Shown here piece after piece: positions 16,116-27,533 of a DNA stretch of 52,717 bases. Source of the DNA: Macrostomum lignano (taxonomy: Eukaryota); contig NIVC01004262.1 in NCBI GenBank assembly GCA_002269645.1, positions 1 through 52,717 of the forward strand, written 5' to 3'. The notes under the pieces were generated by a model. The model was not told the origin of the DNA and did not search any database. It was given only the letters and a program-made list of their open reading frames with translations. Position numbers and translations under genes: made by a program. Each line of letters opens with the position of its first letter. Position 1 is the stretch's first letter.

Positions 16116-19100
16116 ATGTCAGAAGACCACAAATCGGGTTCCTTTTCCGATGACAGCGCTAGTTTAGATAAAGCAATTAGCGGCAATGGATCTGAGAATC
16201 CCGGCGTCGATAATTCGCCGTCCGACTTAATTAATGGCGGCGACGAAGAGGCGGCCACTTCAAAGGTTTTAACCACGCCGGTGTTTATATCAGAGAACTC
16301 GGAATCTTCTTTGTTAGCCTCCGAGGAAGAGACGTCAAACTTTGCGACGCCCGCAGCCACAAAGGAGGCAACAAAGGTTCCGCCTTCAGGAGATGCAGAG
16401 GAAGCATCAAAGGTTCCGCCTTCAGGAGATGCAGCGGAGACATCAAAGGTTCCGCCTTCGGGAGATGCAGAGGAGACATCAAAGATTCCGCCTTCGGGAG
16501 ATGCAGAGGAAACATCAAAGGTTCCGCCTTCGGGAGATGCAGCGGAGACATCAAAGGTTCCACCTTCGGGAGATGCAGAGGAGACATCAAAGGTTCCGCC
16601 TTCGGGAGATGCAGAGGAAACATCAAAGGTTCCGCCTTCAGGAGATGCAGCGGAGACATCAAAGGTTCCGCCTTCGGGAGATGCAGAGGAAACATCAAAG
16701 GTTCCGCCTTCAGGAGATGCAGCGGAGACATCAAAGGTTCCGCCTTCGGGAGATGCAGAGGAGACATCAAAGGTTCCGCCTTCGGGAGATGCAGAGGAGA
16801 CATCAAAGGTTCCGCCTTCAGGAGATGCAGAGGAGACATCAAAGGTCAACAAAGCAGCAGAACCTGCGGGCACAGGGGCATCAGCTGTTCCGACTGTAAA
16901 CGCAACTTCTAACCCAAAGCCTCCACCGCCCGCGGCACTGCTGGAAGCAAACGGTGGCACTCATAACGCCGTAGCCGCATCAACTAGCGGTCACATTCAG
17001 AGAACAGACAGCTGCCAGGGCATCTGTGCTGCTGCTGATTCATCTGTCACCGGCGGCACGCTAAGAAAAGCGACCACTTGTCCCACAGATTTGTCAGCCT
17101 CGGCGGTGTCTAGCGGCGCGGTCATCAATCAGCGACCTGCTGGGCCGCCGCCGGTCAAGGTGAGGCGCAAGGAGGCTCCGCAGCAGTCAGCTGGCGATGC
17201 ATCAGCTGATCAGCAGCAGCCGCCTCCGCCTCGGAATTATCAATTCTTAGCTGGAGACTTGGAGTACTTTATAGTCTGCGGCCTGCCGCTGTCCACCACC
17301 GATCAGTCTTTGAAACGAACTTTTAAAGGCCTATTCAAAAAGTCGCTATGCGATGTTAGCCAAGTAATAATTGTGCCAGAGATTGACAGCAAAACTGTTC
17401 TCGTGTTCTCCGGCAGTGGCGCCACTCCGACTGCCAAAGTTTCTAAGCAGCTGTCGTTGAAGAGAATGCAGAAGAAGCTGCAATCCAGCCTGTTTGTCTC
17501 CCGCTTTCCGGAGGATGCGAATTTAAATAATATGCGGGCCTACGCCAGCCACTCGGACGAGTATTTGTACAAGTGGACTCGGCTGTACTTTTGTCCAGTG
17601 TCCGCTCAGGTGGGTGGCTCCTTGATCTTTGCTGGTTCAGTTATAGTCGCAAACCAACGTTCTAGTTTTCTAGTGACTCAAAAAATCAACTCTATGTTCC
17701 AAAACCCAGTTTGGCTAACAACAATTGATAGTCAAAGATTTCCTTGTGGATTTTCCATTAGTCTATGAAAAATATTTTTTAGACTTATAAAAATATCGAT
17801 GTCTCAAAAAAACTACTACGCCTACAAATGCTGATTTCTTAGAAACTACTTAGCATATTGATATTGACTCATTTCTTAGAAACCGTACTACCTATTGATA
17901 CTGATTTCTTAACAACTCTAAGAAACCCTTGAATAAGCCTATTTGTATTGATTTCTCAGAACCCCCAATAAACCTATTTATATTGATTTCTTAAAAACCA
18001 AGCTTGAACCTATTAATTTGGATTTCTTAGAAACCAAACTTGAACCTATTAATTTTGATTTCTTAGAAACCAAGCTTGAACCTATTAATTTTGATTTCTT
18101 AGAAACCAAACTTGAACCTATTAATTTTGATTTCTTAGAAACCAAACTTGAACCTATTAATTTTGATTTCTTAGAAACCAAACTTGAACTTATTAATTTT
18201 GATTTCTTAGTGAAGAGTTGATTCGGGAGGTGATCAGTCTCCCGAAAACTCCCACTTCCAGACACTTAAGCCTGAGAACAAAATTAACGTGTTCACTTAC
18301 TGTGGCGGGCTCTTCTTCTGTGTCCGGCAGTTTCTCCGAGCTCGTTCCTTGTTTCTTCTTTGTTGCGCGCGTTTGTAGAGTTCGCTTCTTCCAATATTCT
18401 TCTCCGGAGGAATCTTCTTGAAGTCTTCGAAGTCCAAAGTCGGCCGAGAGTGAGAGCAGAACAGTGAAGTCGACGTCGAAATATTTCCTCGAGTGCGGGA
18501 TTCAGTACGTTTCTCGAGTGCCAAATCAGTATCAACAGTGCGCCCTAATAAACTCAAATTCTAACGCGAGGTCCTCCAAAGGGGGCGTCTTCTTCTAGAT
18601 CTAACGGAATCGGAGTCGTGTGCTCCTATCGGTTAACCTAGGATAATCCAAATCAACAGTCAGTAATCCTCTAAGGGTATCGGAATCGGTCCGCAGATCC
18701 TATCCAATCCCTTAGGAAAATGGGAGGCCTCTCAGTAAAGTCAGTGGATCAGCAACGGCCGGCCGGCAATAAAATCGCTCTCAATAATCAAAATAACGAA
18801 GACTTGAACAACGCTTCTCAATTGATACGCTTCTCTCCCAGAGATATAGCCTCGATTAGTTGCTCTAACTAACCACAAGATCTTTTGAGGCTGCTCCGAG
18901 TCTGAGGTTTCAGCTCGGATTTTACGCTTATATTTATAGTCGAATTTTTGGTATATATTTAGTAGCGCGACTCATATTTCATCATATTTCATTAGATTTT
19001 ATCTTATTTCATCATATTTCACCATAGTTGCGACATATTTCACCATCGTTGCAACTTGTCTCATGCTTCGTTGTACGTTGTATTCACGGTCTTAAAATAG

Positions 19101-21044
19101 AGTATGACAGTTTGCAATTTTTATAACATTCAAGTTTTTCGCATTTTTATACTACTTACAGTAGTTTACTTTGTATCGTATTTGGAGATCTCTACATTAA
19201 AAACCAAACTTGAACCTATTAATTTTGATTTCTTAGAAACCAAGCTTGAACCTATTTATATTGTTTCTTAGAAACCAAACTTGAACCTATTAATTTTGAT
19301 TTCTTAGAAACCAAGCTTGAACCTATTAATTTTGATTTCTCAGAAACCAAACTTGAACCTATTAATTTTGATTTCTTAGAAACCAAACTTGAACCTATTA
19401 ATTTTGATTTCTTAGAAACCAAGCTTGAACCTATTAATTTTGATTTCTTAGAAACCAAACTTGAACCTATTAATTTTGATTTCTTAGAAACCAAGCTTGA
19501 ACCTATTAATTTTGATTTCTTAGAAACCAAACTTGAACCTATTAATTTTGATTTCTCAGAAACCAAACTTGAACCTATTAATTTTGATTTCTTAGAAACC
19601 AAGCTTGAACCTATTAATTTTGATTTCTTAGAAACCAAACTAGAACTTATTAATTTTGATTTCTTAGAAACCAAACTTGAACCTATTAATTTTGATTTCT
19701 TAGAAACCAAGCTTGAACCTATTCATTTTGATTTCTTAGAAACCAAGCTTGAACCTATTAATTTTGATTTCTTAGAAACTGGACTAGATTTATATAAGTA
19801 TTGATTTCTTGGAAACCCTGCTAGACTTGAGATTATATATTTGTTAGAAATCTCATACAACCGCCATTCGCAGGTTGCCGAGGAGATCCAGTGCCAGCAC
19901 TTTCTTGTCAGCAATCTGTCCCAATCGCTGCTCCGCTCGCCGTCGGATCTGTTAATAAAATTCTCCCAAACGATGCCCACCGCTCGTTCCTTTTTCCTAC
20001 CCGTCGACGAGAGCGAATCTCCGCTTGGCTACATGCTGGTCAGATTCAACAAGTCCGAAGACTGTCTGGCCTGTTATCGCCTGTTGCAGAAGCACTACTC
20101 TATGGAGATGACCTTTGTTAGCCTGCTGGAAGTCTGCCAACTGCCCGGGGGCTTTTTGGTAATCAAAAACTTTTTATAGAATCTGTTAGGGTTGGCCCGA
20201 TAAATTAAGCCAATATTGAGTCCGAGAAGATAATAAAACTACTAAAAGTAGCATAATTGCAAATGTACTGGCTCGTGCTTACAGAATCTGTGCAAGTCCT
20301 TATATTTAACTGAAAGACAACCTAAAGTTGTTTAATAGCACACGTTTGTATAGAATCTTTGGTACTGGCCTGCTGGGTAGATTAGTCAAGTAAATTAATA
20401 ATACTGTAGGATTTAAACTACTGACAGTAGCTTAATTGAACATTTAGTGGTTAATAATAGTTATTTATTAGAGGCAGGCAGTGGCTGTGTGCACCCTGGC
20501 GCACTTTAAGCGGAATTGTCGCACAACCGGCGAGAGGCATTGCTGCCCATTCCGTCGGCTCCAGTAGTGCACAGCGGCCCTAGCTTTATATTATCGTTAG
20601 GCATGTACTGTGCCTTGGGGGCTTGGCTCTCAAGCTGGGCGTTAATTGCAGGGTGACTGCACTTGGAATCGAGCCTGGGCCGCTGGGCTACGTTCCTCAT
20701 TAATAATAGTTAATTACCTTGATAGAGCTTTTAGTCTGAATGCCTAGGAGTATCTGTACAGTTGCTATGCCTCCGCTATTGCTGCTCCACAGGTGCCAGC
20801 CCACAACCTGCTGAACTGGTGCCGCCTGGAGAAGCCAGCAGCCTCGTCTGCCTCGCTGTCGCAGCCGCGTATTGTACTGGATGACCCCGTCCGTTCGCCC
20901 TACCTGTGCACCTGCCATCCAGCCGCTCAGACTGTGGCTCCGCCGCCTGAGAAGTTGCACATCTTGGCTAACGAATTGGAAAACGCGATGGGCAATCCTT
21001 CCGCTATTGTGGATTTCAAGTCTGTGCTGCTGCGGCTCTGCTAA
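16116..21044 (+). CDS. Uncharacterised protein with acidic 12-aa repeats and 2-3 degenerate RRM-like domains, 3 exons, ~676 aa
   Basis: Exons 16116-17609 (CAG|GTGGGT), 19874-20158 (TTG|GTAATC) and 20793-21044, all phase 0. RNP2-like YFIVCGLP, LFVSRFP and FLVSNLS; RNP1-like LGYMLVRF. Family not recognised. Confidence 0.6.
16374..16845 (+). repeat. Apparently coding 36-bp tandem repeat, 13 copies of KVPPSGDA(E/A)ETS
   Basis: Unit aaggttccgccttc(a/g)ggagatgcag(a/c)ggagacatca; unit length is a multiple of 3 and it lies inside the open ORF 16116-17768. Confidence 0.9.
17820..19780. repeat. 36-bp AT-rich intronic minisatellite interrupted by the solo LTR
   Basis: Unit gatttcttagaaaccaa(a/g)cttgaacctattaatttt; degenerate at the left end. 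Confidence 0.95.
18211..19196. mobile_element. Solo LTR (986 bp) inserted in an intronic minisatellite
   Basis: Starts TGAAGAG and ends CTCTACA (TG...CA, 6/7-bp inverted termini). Flanked by TTAG/TTAA (4-bp TSD, one mismatch); the array resumes in register (aaaccaaact). Minus-strand TATA-like ctataaatata near 18930. Confidence 0.75.
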
Positions 21045-21571
21045 GTTTATTTTGTTAATGAGTAATTTCTAACTCTTATTTTTATATGCTAAGAAGAGAC
21101 CTGAGCAATACATAAAAAATTAATTATTACGATTACAGACCACTTGTTTAACTCCCAATCCCAATACTATAGGCTACAGTCTACTGATTTGTACTTTTCA
21201 AATCTGAGCTCCCAATTCCAGTTATTTTTCATTAACAAATTAAAAAGTATATACCAAGTTGTATTGGAAAAAACTGGCAAAGTGCGTTATTGTTGCATTC
21301 TATACTTAAGGTTATTTGAACTCGTTTATTTGTCGCAGTCCAAATGTTGCACTTTCCTGTTTGTTGTCTGCCTGCTTGCTCGGTGAACATCATTTTTAAA
21401 TAAGCAAGCCGTGTACGGCCGCCTCCTTGAATTCTTTATTTTTATTATTTTCAGATTAGAGATTCCTACTGCTAGTAGCTGGTCAAGAATATTGTAGGCT
21501 AATAGATGCGCAAAAACTGTGGGTTTGATTCACAAGCTGGAATATTAGGCATTAAAGTGTGTGTATCGAAG

Positions 21572-22233
21572 CAGTGGCGGATCCAGAATTTTTCCTTGGG
21601 GTCCGCCGACCTCATTGACCCCTCTACCTCGGATCCACCAGATAGTTCAAGTTCCGAACTTGAGATACTTTTAAGCAATATAACTACAGAACAGAAGAGC
21701 AAACAATTTTTTCAGCTTCCCAGGGGGTCATAATCCCATTATTGTCTCGGGAGGAGGTCAGCCGACCCCCTTGACCCCCTGGATCCGCCAGATAGTTCAA
21801 GTTCCGAACTTGAGGTACTTTTAAGCAATATAACTGCAGAACAGAAGAGCAAACATTTTTTTCAGTTTCCTAGGGGGTCATAATCCCCTTATTGTTTCGG
21901 GAGGAGGTCAGCTGACCCCCTTGACCCCCTGGATCCGCCAGATAGTTCAAGTTCCGAACTTGAGGTACTTTCAAGCAATATAACTGCAGAACAGAAGAGC
22001 AAACAATTTTTCAGTTTCCCAAGAGGTCATAATCTCCTTATTGTGTTGGGAGGGGGTCAGCTGACCCCCTATATTCGCCAGATAGTTCATGTTCCAAGCT
22101 TGAGTTACTTAAAAGCAATATAACTACAGAAGAGCAAGTGTAATTTTTATCTGTTTACCAGCCGGTCATGACCCCCCCCCATAATTTTCTCGTGAGGGTC
22201 AGCTGACCCCCTTGACCCCCCCTAGATCCGCCA
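21572..22233. mobile_element. MITE-like element with CAGTGGCGGATCCAG / CTAGATCCGCCA termini and internal 150-bp tandem repeats
   Basis: Left terminus 21572-21586; right terminus 22222-22233 is its reverse complement with one mismatch. GGATCC(G/A)CCA recurs at 21631, 21781 and 21931, degenerate near 22075. No TSD resolvable. Confidence 0.65.
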
Positions 22234-22363
22234 AAAAGTTCTACAAATGTTCTCCGTGTACTCAAGTGTAAAGTCAGCCCCGCAAGTTAAGCAGAGTTGG
22301 CCGCGGTTAGTAAGCAGCTGAATTATAGGCTTTTGTTTGTCCCTTCCCTTAAAGGCATCCACA

Positions 22364-24772
22364 ATGAGTAATGCTGATTTGGGATTTTTCTACCAGCTAT
22401 AGCTAAACTATATCACTCCTCTGCAGTCTGCTATCACAGGCGACGACAGTAAAGTCCTAGCCAACGTGCTGGACATTCAACCGGAAGTGATACCGGATGC
22501 CGAGTTTGCTACCTACTTTGATCTGTCTGGTACAGTTGAATTCATTAGGAATTTGCTATTGGCTAAAGCGAAACCTCAGGCAGCTGAGAAACAACAGCCA
22601 CCTATTACTGTTGTTGTCGGTCTCCAGCTGCCATCGCCTCTGTTTCACTATGCCAAACAGCTTGTTAACGAATTAACTTGCCTACTCAAAGCCGCAGCTG
22701 ATGAAGACGAGCAGGTCAAGTTGGCTGGCTCTGTGCAGCTTCGCCTGCTGGCAGACACTGACAGCTGTTGCGTTGACTGCGTCACGGCTGCTCACTGCGG
22801 CTGCTCCGCCGTTATTCACTACGGCGACGCCTGTTTCAGCCGGTGTCCTCACCTGCCCGTGCACTACGTTCTCGGTTGCTATGGCAACCAGTCAGCTGCC
22901 GGCCGGGCTGTGTCTGAGAAACTAGCCGAGACTATTCTGTCTACAGTGCTTGCCGGGCCAGACTGCCCCGGTAAATTGTTGTTAGTAGCGCCGGGCGCTC
23001 TGCATGCCTCTGTGTTGCTAGCCGCGCGCGACTGTCTGGTTGCTAAGCAACCGTCTATCGATGTTTATTTAGCAACGCCGAATCCTCTAGCTGGCGAGGC
23101 CGATCGAATCGAAGGCGCCGCTCGGTTTCTATGCGGTCGCTGGGTGCCGGAGCCGTTTTTTAACAACAGCGATGAAAATCCAACTAGTCGAGTTGTAGTT
23201 CACTTTACCACGGACGCCGACTCGTTGCTAGGGCTAGCCGTGGCTTTAGCGTTCCTAGATATCGGGCCAGTGTACCAGTGCGTGTGCCAGCCTGGCGACT
23301 CGGCAATAAAACTCGATCGAATCGACACCGACCGCCGGTTTAAACGCCGAATGCTTCTGAGCAGCAAAGCCGCCGAGGCCAGGCGAATTGGCCTGCTAGT
23401 CTGCGGCTGCGTGGACTCGCTGACGCCCACCCTGGACTACGCGCTTGGCCTGGTCCGCTCGGCCGGCCGCGTGCCCTACATTGTTAGCGTTGGCCGGATC
23501 AACCCGGCCAAGCTGGCCAACTATGCTGATATCGATGCATTTGCTCTGATTGGTTGTTACCTGCGAGCCCTGCTGGACTCCAGAGATTATTTCCAGCCAC
23601 TGCTGTCTATGGTTGAACTTGAGCGTGCTCTCAATCCCAATCGGCAATTTGCCTACGCTTATAGCGTCGACTTCTCCGACTGTCTGCCCGGCGGCCGGGA
23701 CTTTGTTGAGCCGCCGTCTCCGGCTGCGGGACCTGCCGGAGATGGAGACGGAGAGAGCGGGGCCGTAGGGCAGGTGAGGGTTGCGGTGTGGGCGTGCTTG
23801 TTGTGTTTCAGACGCCATAAACCTTCCAGATCCTCAGTTGCTAGGCCACCCTCCTAGATCCTCAGTTGCTGGGCCAGCTTCCCAGATCCTCAGTTGCTGG
23901 GCCAGCCTCCCAGATCCTCAGTTGCTGGGCCACCTTCCCAGATCCTCAGTTGCTGGGCCAGCCTCCCAGATCTTCAGTTGCTGGGCCAGCCTCCAAGATC
24001 CTCTGTTTCTGGGCCACCTTCCCAGATCTTCAGTTGCTGGGCGAGCCTCCAAGATCCTTAGTTGCTGGGCCAGCCTCCCAGAGTGTCAGTTGCTTGGCCA
24101 GCCTCCCAGATCCTCAGTTGCTCGGCGAGCCTCCCAGATCCTCAGTTGCTGGGCCACCTTCCCAGATCTTCAGTTGCTGGGCCACCTTCCCAGATCCTCA
24201 GTTGCTGGGCCAGCCTCCCAGATCCTCAGTTGCTGGGCCAGCCTCCCAGATCCTCAGTTGCTGGGCCAGCCTCCCAGATCCTCAGTTGCTGGGCCACCTT
24301 CCCAGATCCTCAGTTGCTGAGCCACCTTTCCAGATCTTCAGTTGCTGGGCCACCTGCCCAGATCCTCAGTTGCTGGGCCAGCCTCCCAGATCTTCAGTTG
24401 CTGGGCCAGCCTCCCAGATCCTCAGTTGCTGGGCCACCCCAGATCTCCAGTTTCTGGGCCAGCCTCCCAGATCCTCAGTTGCTGGGCCAGCCTCCCAAAT
24501 TCCCAGTCGCTTGGCCGGGGCCATCCTCTCAGATCCCCAATATCCCAAGACGTGCCCAGCACACGCAGAATCTCCAAACGCCCCATTTGCAGCAGCTGGT
24601 GCTGCGCAACGGCAATCTGCAGGTGGCGCTGCCGGCTGGCAACTTCCTGTCCGGCCGGAGCTGGCGCGGCCTGGACCCGCAGCTCGGCGCCACCCCGGTA
24701 GCCCAGCTAGAGAAAGGTCGCAGCGGCCTGGCCATCAGATACGACTCGGAGGATGCTGATAACGCGAAATAA
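22364..24772 (+). CDS. DPH2: Diphthamide biosynthesis protein 2, 3 exons, ~505 aa
   Basis: Main exon 22440-23773 (CAG|GTGAGG) and last exon 24593-24772. Motifs GLQLP, SCCVD...VIHYGDACFS, VGRINPAKLANY..IDAF and DPH2-specific FLSGRSWRGLDPQLG...GRSGLAIRY. The 4-nt first exon 22364-22367 is inferred. Confidence 0.9.
23822..24510. repeat. 28-bp minisatellite in DPH2 intron 2 (same family as 8245-8802)
   Basis: Unit cagatcctcagttgctgggccagcctcc, variant ...gggccaccttcc. Confidence 0.95.
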
Positions 24773-25125
24773 TCAGTCACCAATGTCTACGGCGATATGT
24801 ATAGAAAGTTACTGTTTAACCAACTGTGCTTGACCATTTCTCTCTAGCATTTTCTATGCAATCTTCCGATCGCTGATATTTCATCGCTGTGATTTGGTAA
24901 ACTGTTAGTCAGGTGCAAATGAAGCAAATTATTTTCAGTTTTGTGTGTGCTCTATTTTAAAATATGAAAATACACAAGCCTACTTTTTGATCTTGTTGAG
25001 GAGAAATATTCTGATATTCCTGATTGTCTTGGATTTCCTATAATTTCCATTGTAATTTTCGTATTGAAATTAAGACTGCATATCTTTCAATTCGCTAGTA
25101 TCAATTATGTTTTGTAGCCTAAAAA

Positions 25126-25270
25126 ATTCGAACTCGGGAACTTTTCATTACAGAGAAAATAGGCTCTTGATTATGTGATCAAGTGTGGGATTCGAACTCG
25201 GGACCTTCTCATTACAGAGAAAATAGGCTCCTAAATATGTAATCAAGTATGGGATTCGAACTCGGGACTT
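25126..25270 (-). mobile_element. Tandemly duplicated tRNA-derived (SINE-like) fragment
   Basis: Three copies of (gg)attcgaactcggga at ~64-bp spacing; the reverse complement tcccgagttcgaatccc is a Pol III B-box/T-arm. No full cloverleaf. Confidence 0.4.
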
Positions 25271-25409
25271 TGTTAAAATTCGAGTTCGATTCAGAAATTT
25301 TTCATATAAGTAGCCAGAATAGCGTTTTTTACTATTATTTTTTTGTGCTATCTAATTTGGAAAAAAAACATTTACCATTGATTTGCATGCCGTCTCCGTA
25401 ATCAACATA

Positions 25410-25796
25410 ATGCACATAAAATTAGCGATAGCATCGTTTCGACCGATATGTTGTCATGGCAACAGTCGGCTAATTTTTCTATCGCTGAATCGCCGCCTAG
25501 CCTCGGGCTTAGAGAATCGCCAGGCCAATCCGCAGGAGGCCGCCCTGCAGCAGCGCCAGCAGCAGCGGCCGTTGGCGCCGCCGCCGCCGAGGCCGAAGCT
25601 GCGCTATCAAGACTTCTACGATTTCGATCGGCACTCGATGGATCGAATATCGAAGCTGACTTACTTTACCCTGGCCCTGCTGCTCATCCTTGGGTTCACT
25701 GGCATTCCGGACACGCTGGTGACTACATTGGATCGCTATGTGCAGGGCGACAAGGGCCAAACAGGCTTAATTAATAGTAGAAGGCCGGAAGCTTGA
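25410..25796 (+). CDS. Small orphan protein (~128 aa) with one hydrophobic helix; possibly mitochondrial
   Basis: GC-rich ORF in AT-rich flanks. N-terminus is Arg/Ser/Leu-rich and acid-free (MHIKLAIASFRPICCHGNSRLIFLSLNRRLAS); TM-like LTYFTLALLLILGFTGI. The start codon is uncertain. Confidence 0.6.
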   Translation: MHIKLAIASFRPICCHGNSRLIFLSLNRRLASGLENRQANPQEAALQQRQQQRPLAPPPPRPKLRYQDFYDFDRHSMDRISKLTYFTLALLLILGFTGIPDTLVTTLDRYVQGDKGQTGLINSRRPEA

Positions 25797-25987
25797 CTGT
25801 TGTGACTCTTTTTTAGTCTTTGTGCATGCGTTGCCTTTGTGCGAGATTTCTATTGTATTATTTATTAATATTGTTGCCTGTATCCTGACGCTAGATCGAT
25901 TGTGCTTGGGTGGCCCACAGCAATTTATAATTACATAAAACAGTAATTTGAAAATCTATATTTATCCCTTTCTTGTTTATGGATAAC

Positions 25988-26052
25988 TAGATAGATAGAT
26001 AGAGAGATAGATAGATAGATAGATGGATAGACAGATAGATAGACAGACAGAC

Positions 26053-26091
<39 letters not shown>

Positions 26092-26103
26092 CAGGCAGAT
26101 AGG

Positions 26104-26145
<42 letters not shown>

Positions 26146-26280
26146 TATACATACTCGTATATAGATAGATAGATGGACAGATAAATAGATAGACAGATAG
26201 ATAGACAGATAGATAGGTAGATAGATAGATAGATAGATAGATAGGCAGATAGATAGATAGACAGGTAGATAGAAAGATAA

Positions 26281-26313
<33 letters not shown>

Positions 26314-26345
26314 CAGATAGATAGATAGATAGATAGACAGATAGG

Positions 26346-26376
<31 letters not shown>

Positions 26377-26412
26377 GCAGATAGATAGATAGACAGGTAG
26401 ATAGAAAGATAA

Positions 26413-26449
<37 letters not shown>

Positions 26450-26474
26450 CAGATAGATAGATAGATAGATAGAC

Positions 26475-26519
<45 letters not shown>

Positions 26520-26531
26520 GATAGATAGATG

Positions 26532-26574
<43 letters not shown>

Positions 26575-26575
26575 G

Positions 26576-26670
<95 letters not shown>

Positions 26671-26671
26671 G

Positions 26672-26708
<37 letters not shown>

Positions 26709-26774
26709 GTAGGTAGGTAGATAGATAGATAGATAGATACAGATAGATAGATAGATAGGTAGATAGAAAGATAA

Positions 26775-26811
<37 letters not shown>

Positions 26812-26832
26812 CAGATAGATAGATAGATAGAC

Positions 26833-26893
<61 letters not shown>

Positions 26894-26905
26894 GATAGAT
26901 AGATG

Positions 26906-26940
<35 letters not shown>

Positions 26941-27078
26941 GGATAGATAGATAGATAGATAGATAGATAGACAGATAGATAGATAGATAGATAGATAGAT
27001 GGATGGATAGATAGATAGATAGATAGATAGATAGGTAGGTAGGTAGGTAGATAGATAGATAGATAGATAGATAGATAC

Positions 27079-27158
<80 letters not shown>

Positions 27159-27242
27159 GGATAGATAGATAGATAGATAGATAGGTAGGTAGGTAGGTAG
27201 GTAGGTAGATAGATAGATAGATAGATAGATAGACAGATAGAC

Positions 27243-27290
<48 letters not shown>

Positions 27291-27374
27291 GGATAGATAG
27301 ATGGATAGATAGATAGATAGATAGACAGATAGACAGATAGATAGATAGACAGATAGACAGATAGACAGATAGAC

Positions 27375-27419
<45 letters not shown>

Positions 27420-27420
27420 C
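25988..27420. repeat. ~1.4-kb (GATA)n microsatellite with GACA/GGTA/GATG variants
   Basis: Direct reading. Confidence 0.98.
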
Positions 27421-27533
27421 ACAGACAAATACGATGGAAAATTGAGGATATTTTTTTCGTGCATGAGCCAAAAGCCGAATTCGCACAGCCTGCAGCAGTG
27501 AAGTGCCAGATTGATAGCAGAGTACAACTGTAA

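Noticed and set aside
17610-17768. C-terminal 52 codons of ORF 16116-17768 as the real protein end
   Set aside because: Composition turns AT-rich right after a CAG|GTGGGT donor, and two phase-matched downstream exons exist; more likely intron read-through.
18293-18557. Short minus-strand ORFs within the insertion as gag remnants
   Set aside because: No gag, protease or RT motifs, bounded by stops, and located within a TG...CA solo LTR.
23774-24759. Long ORFs through the DPH2 intron (LLGQPPRSSVAG repeats)
   Set aside because: Minisatellite translations; the frame continuing exon 2 stops at 23855-23857.
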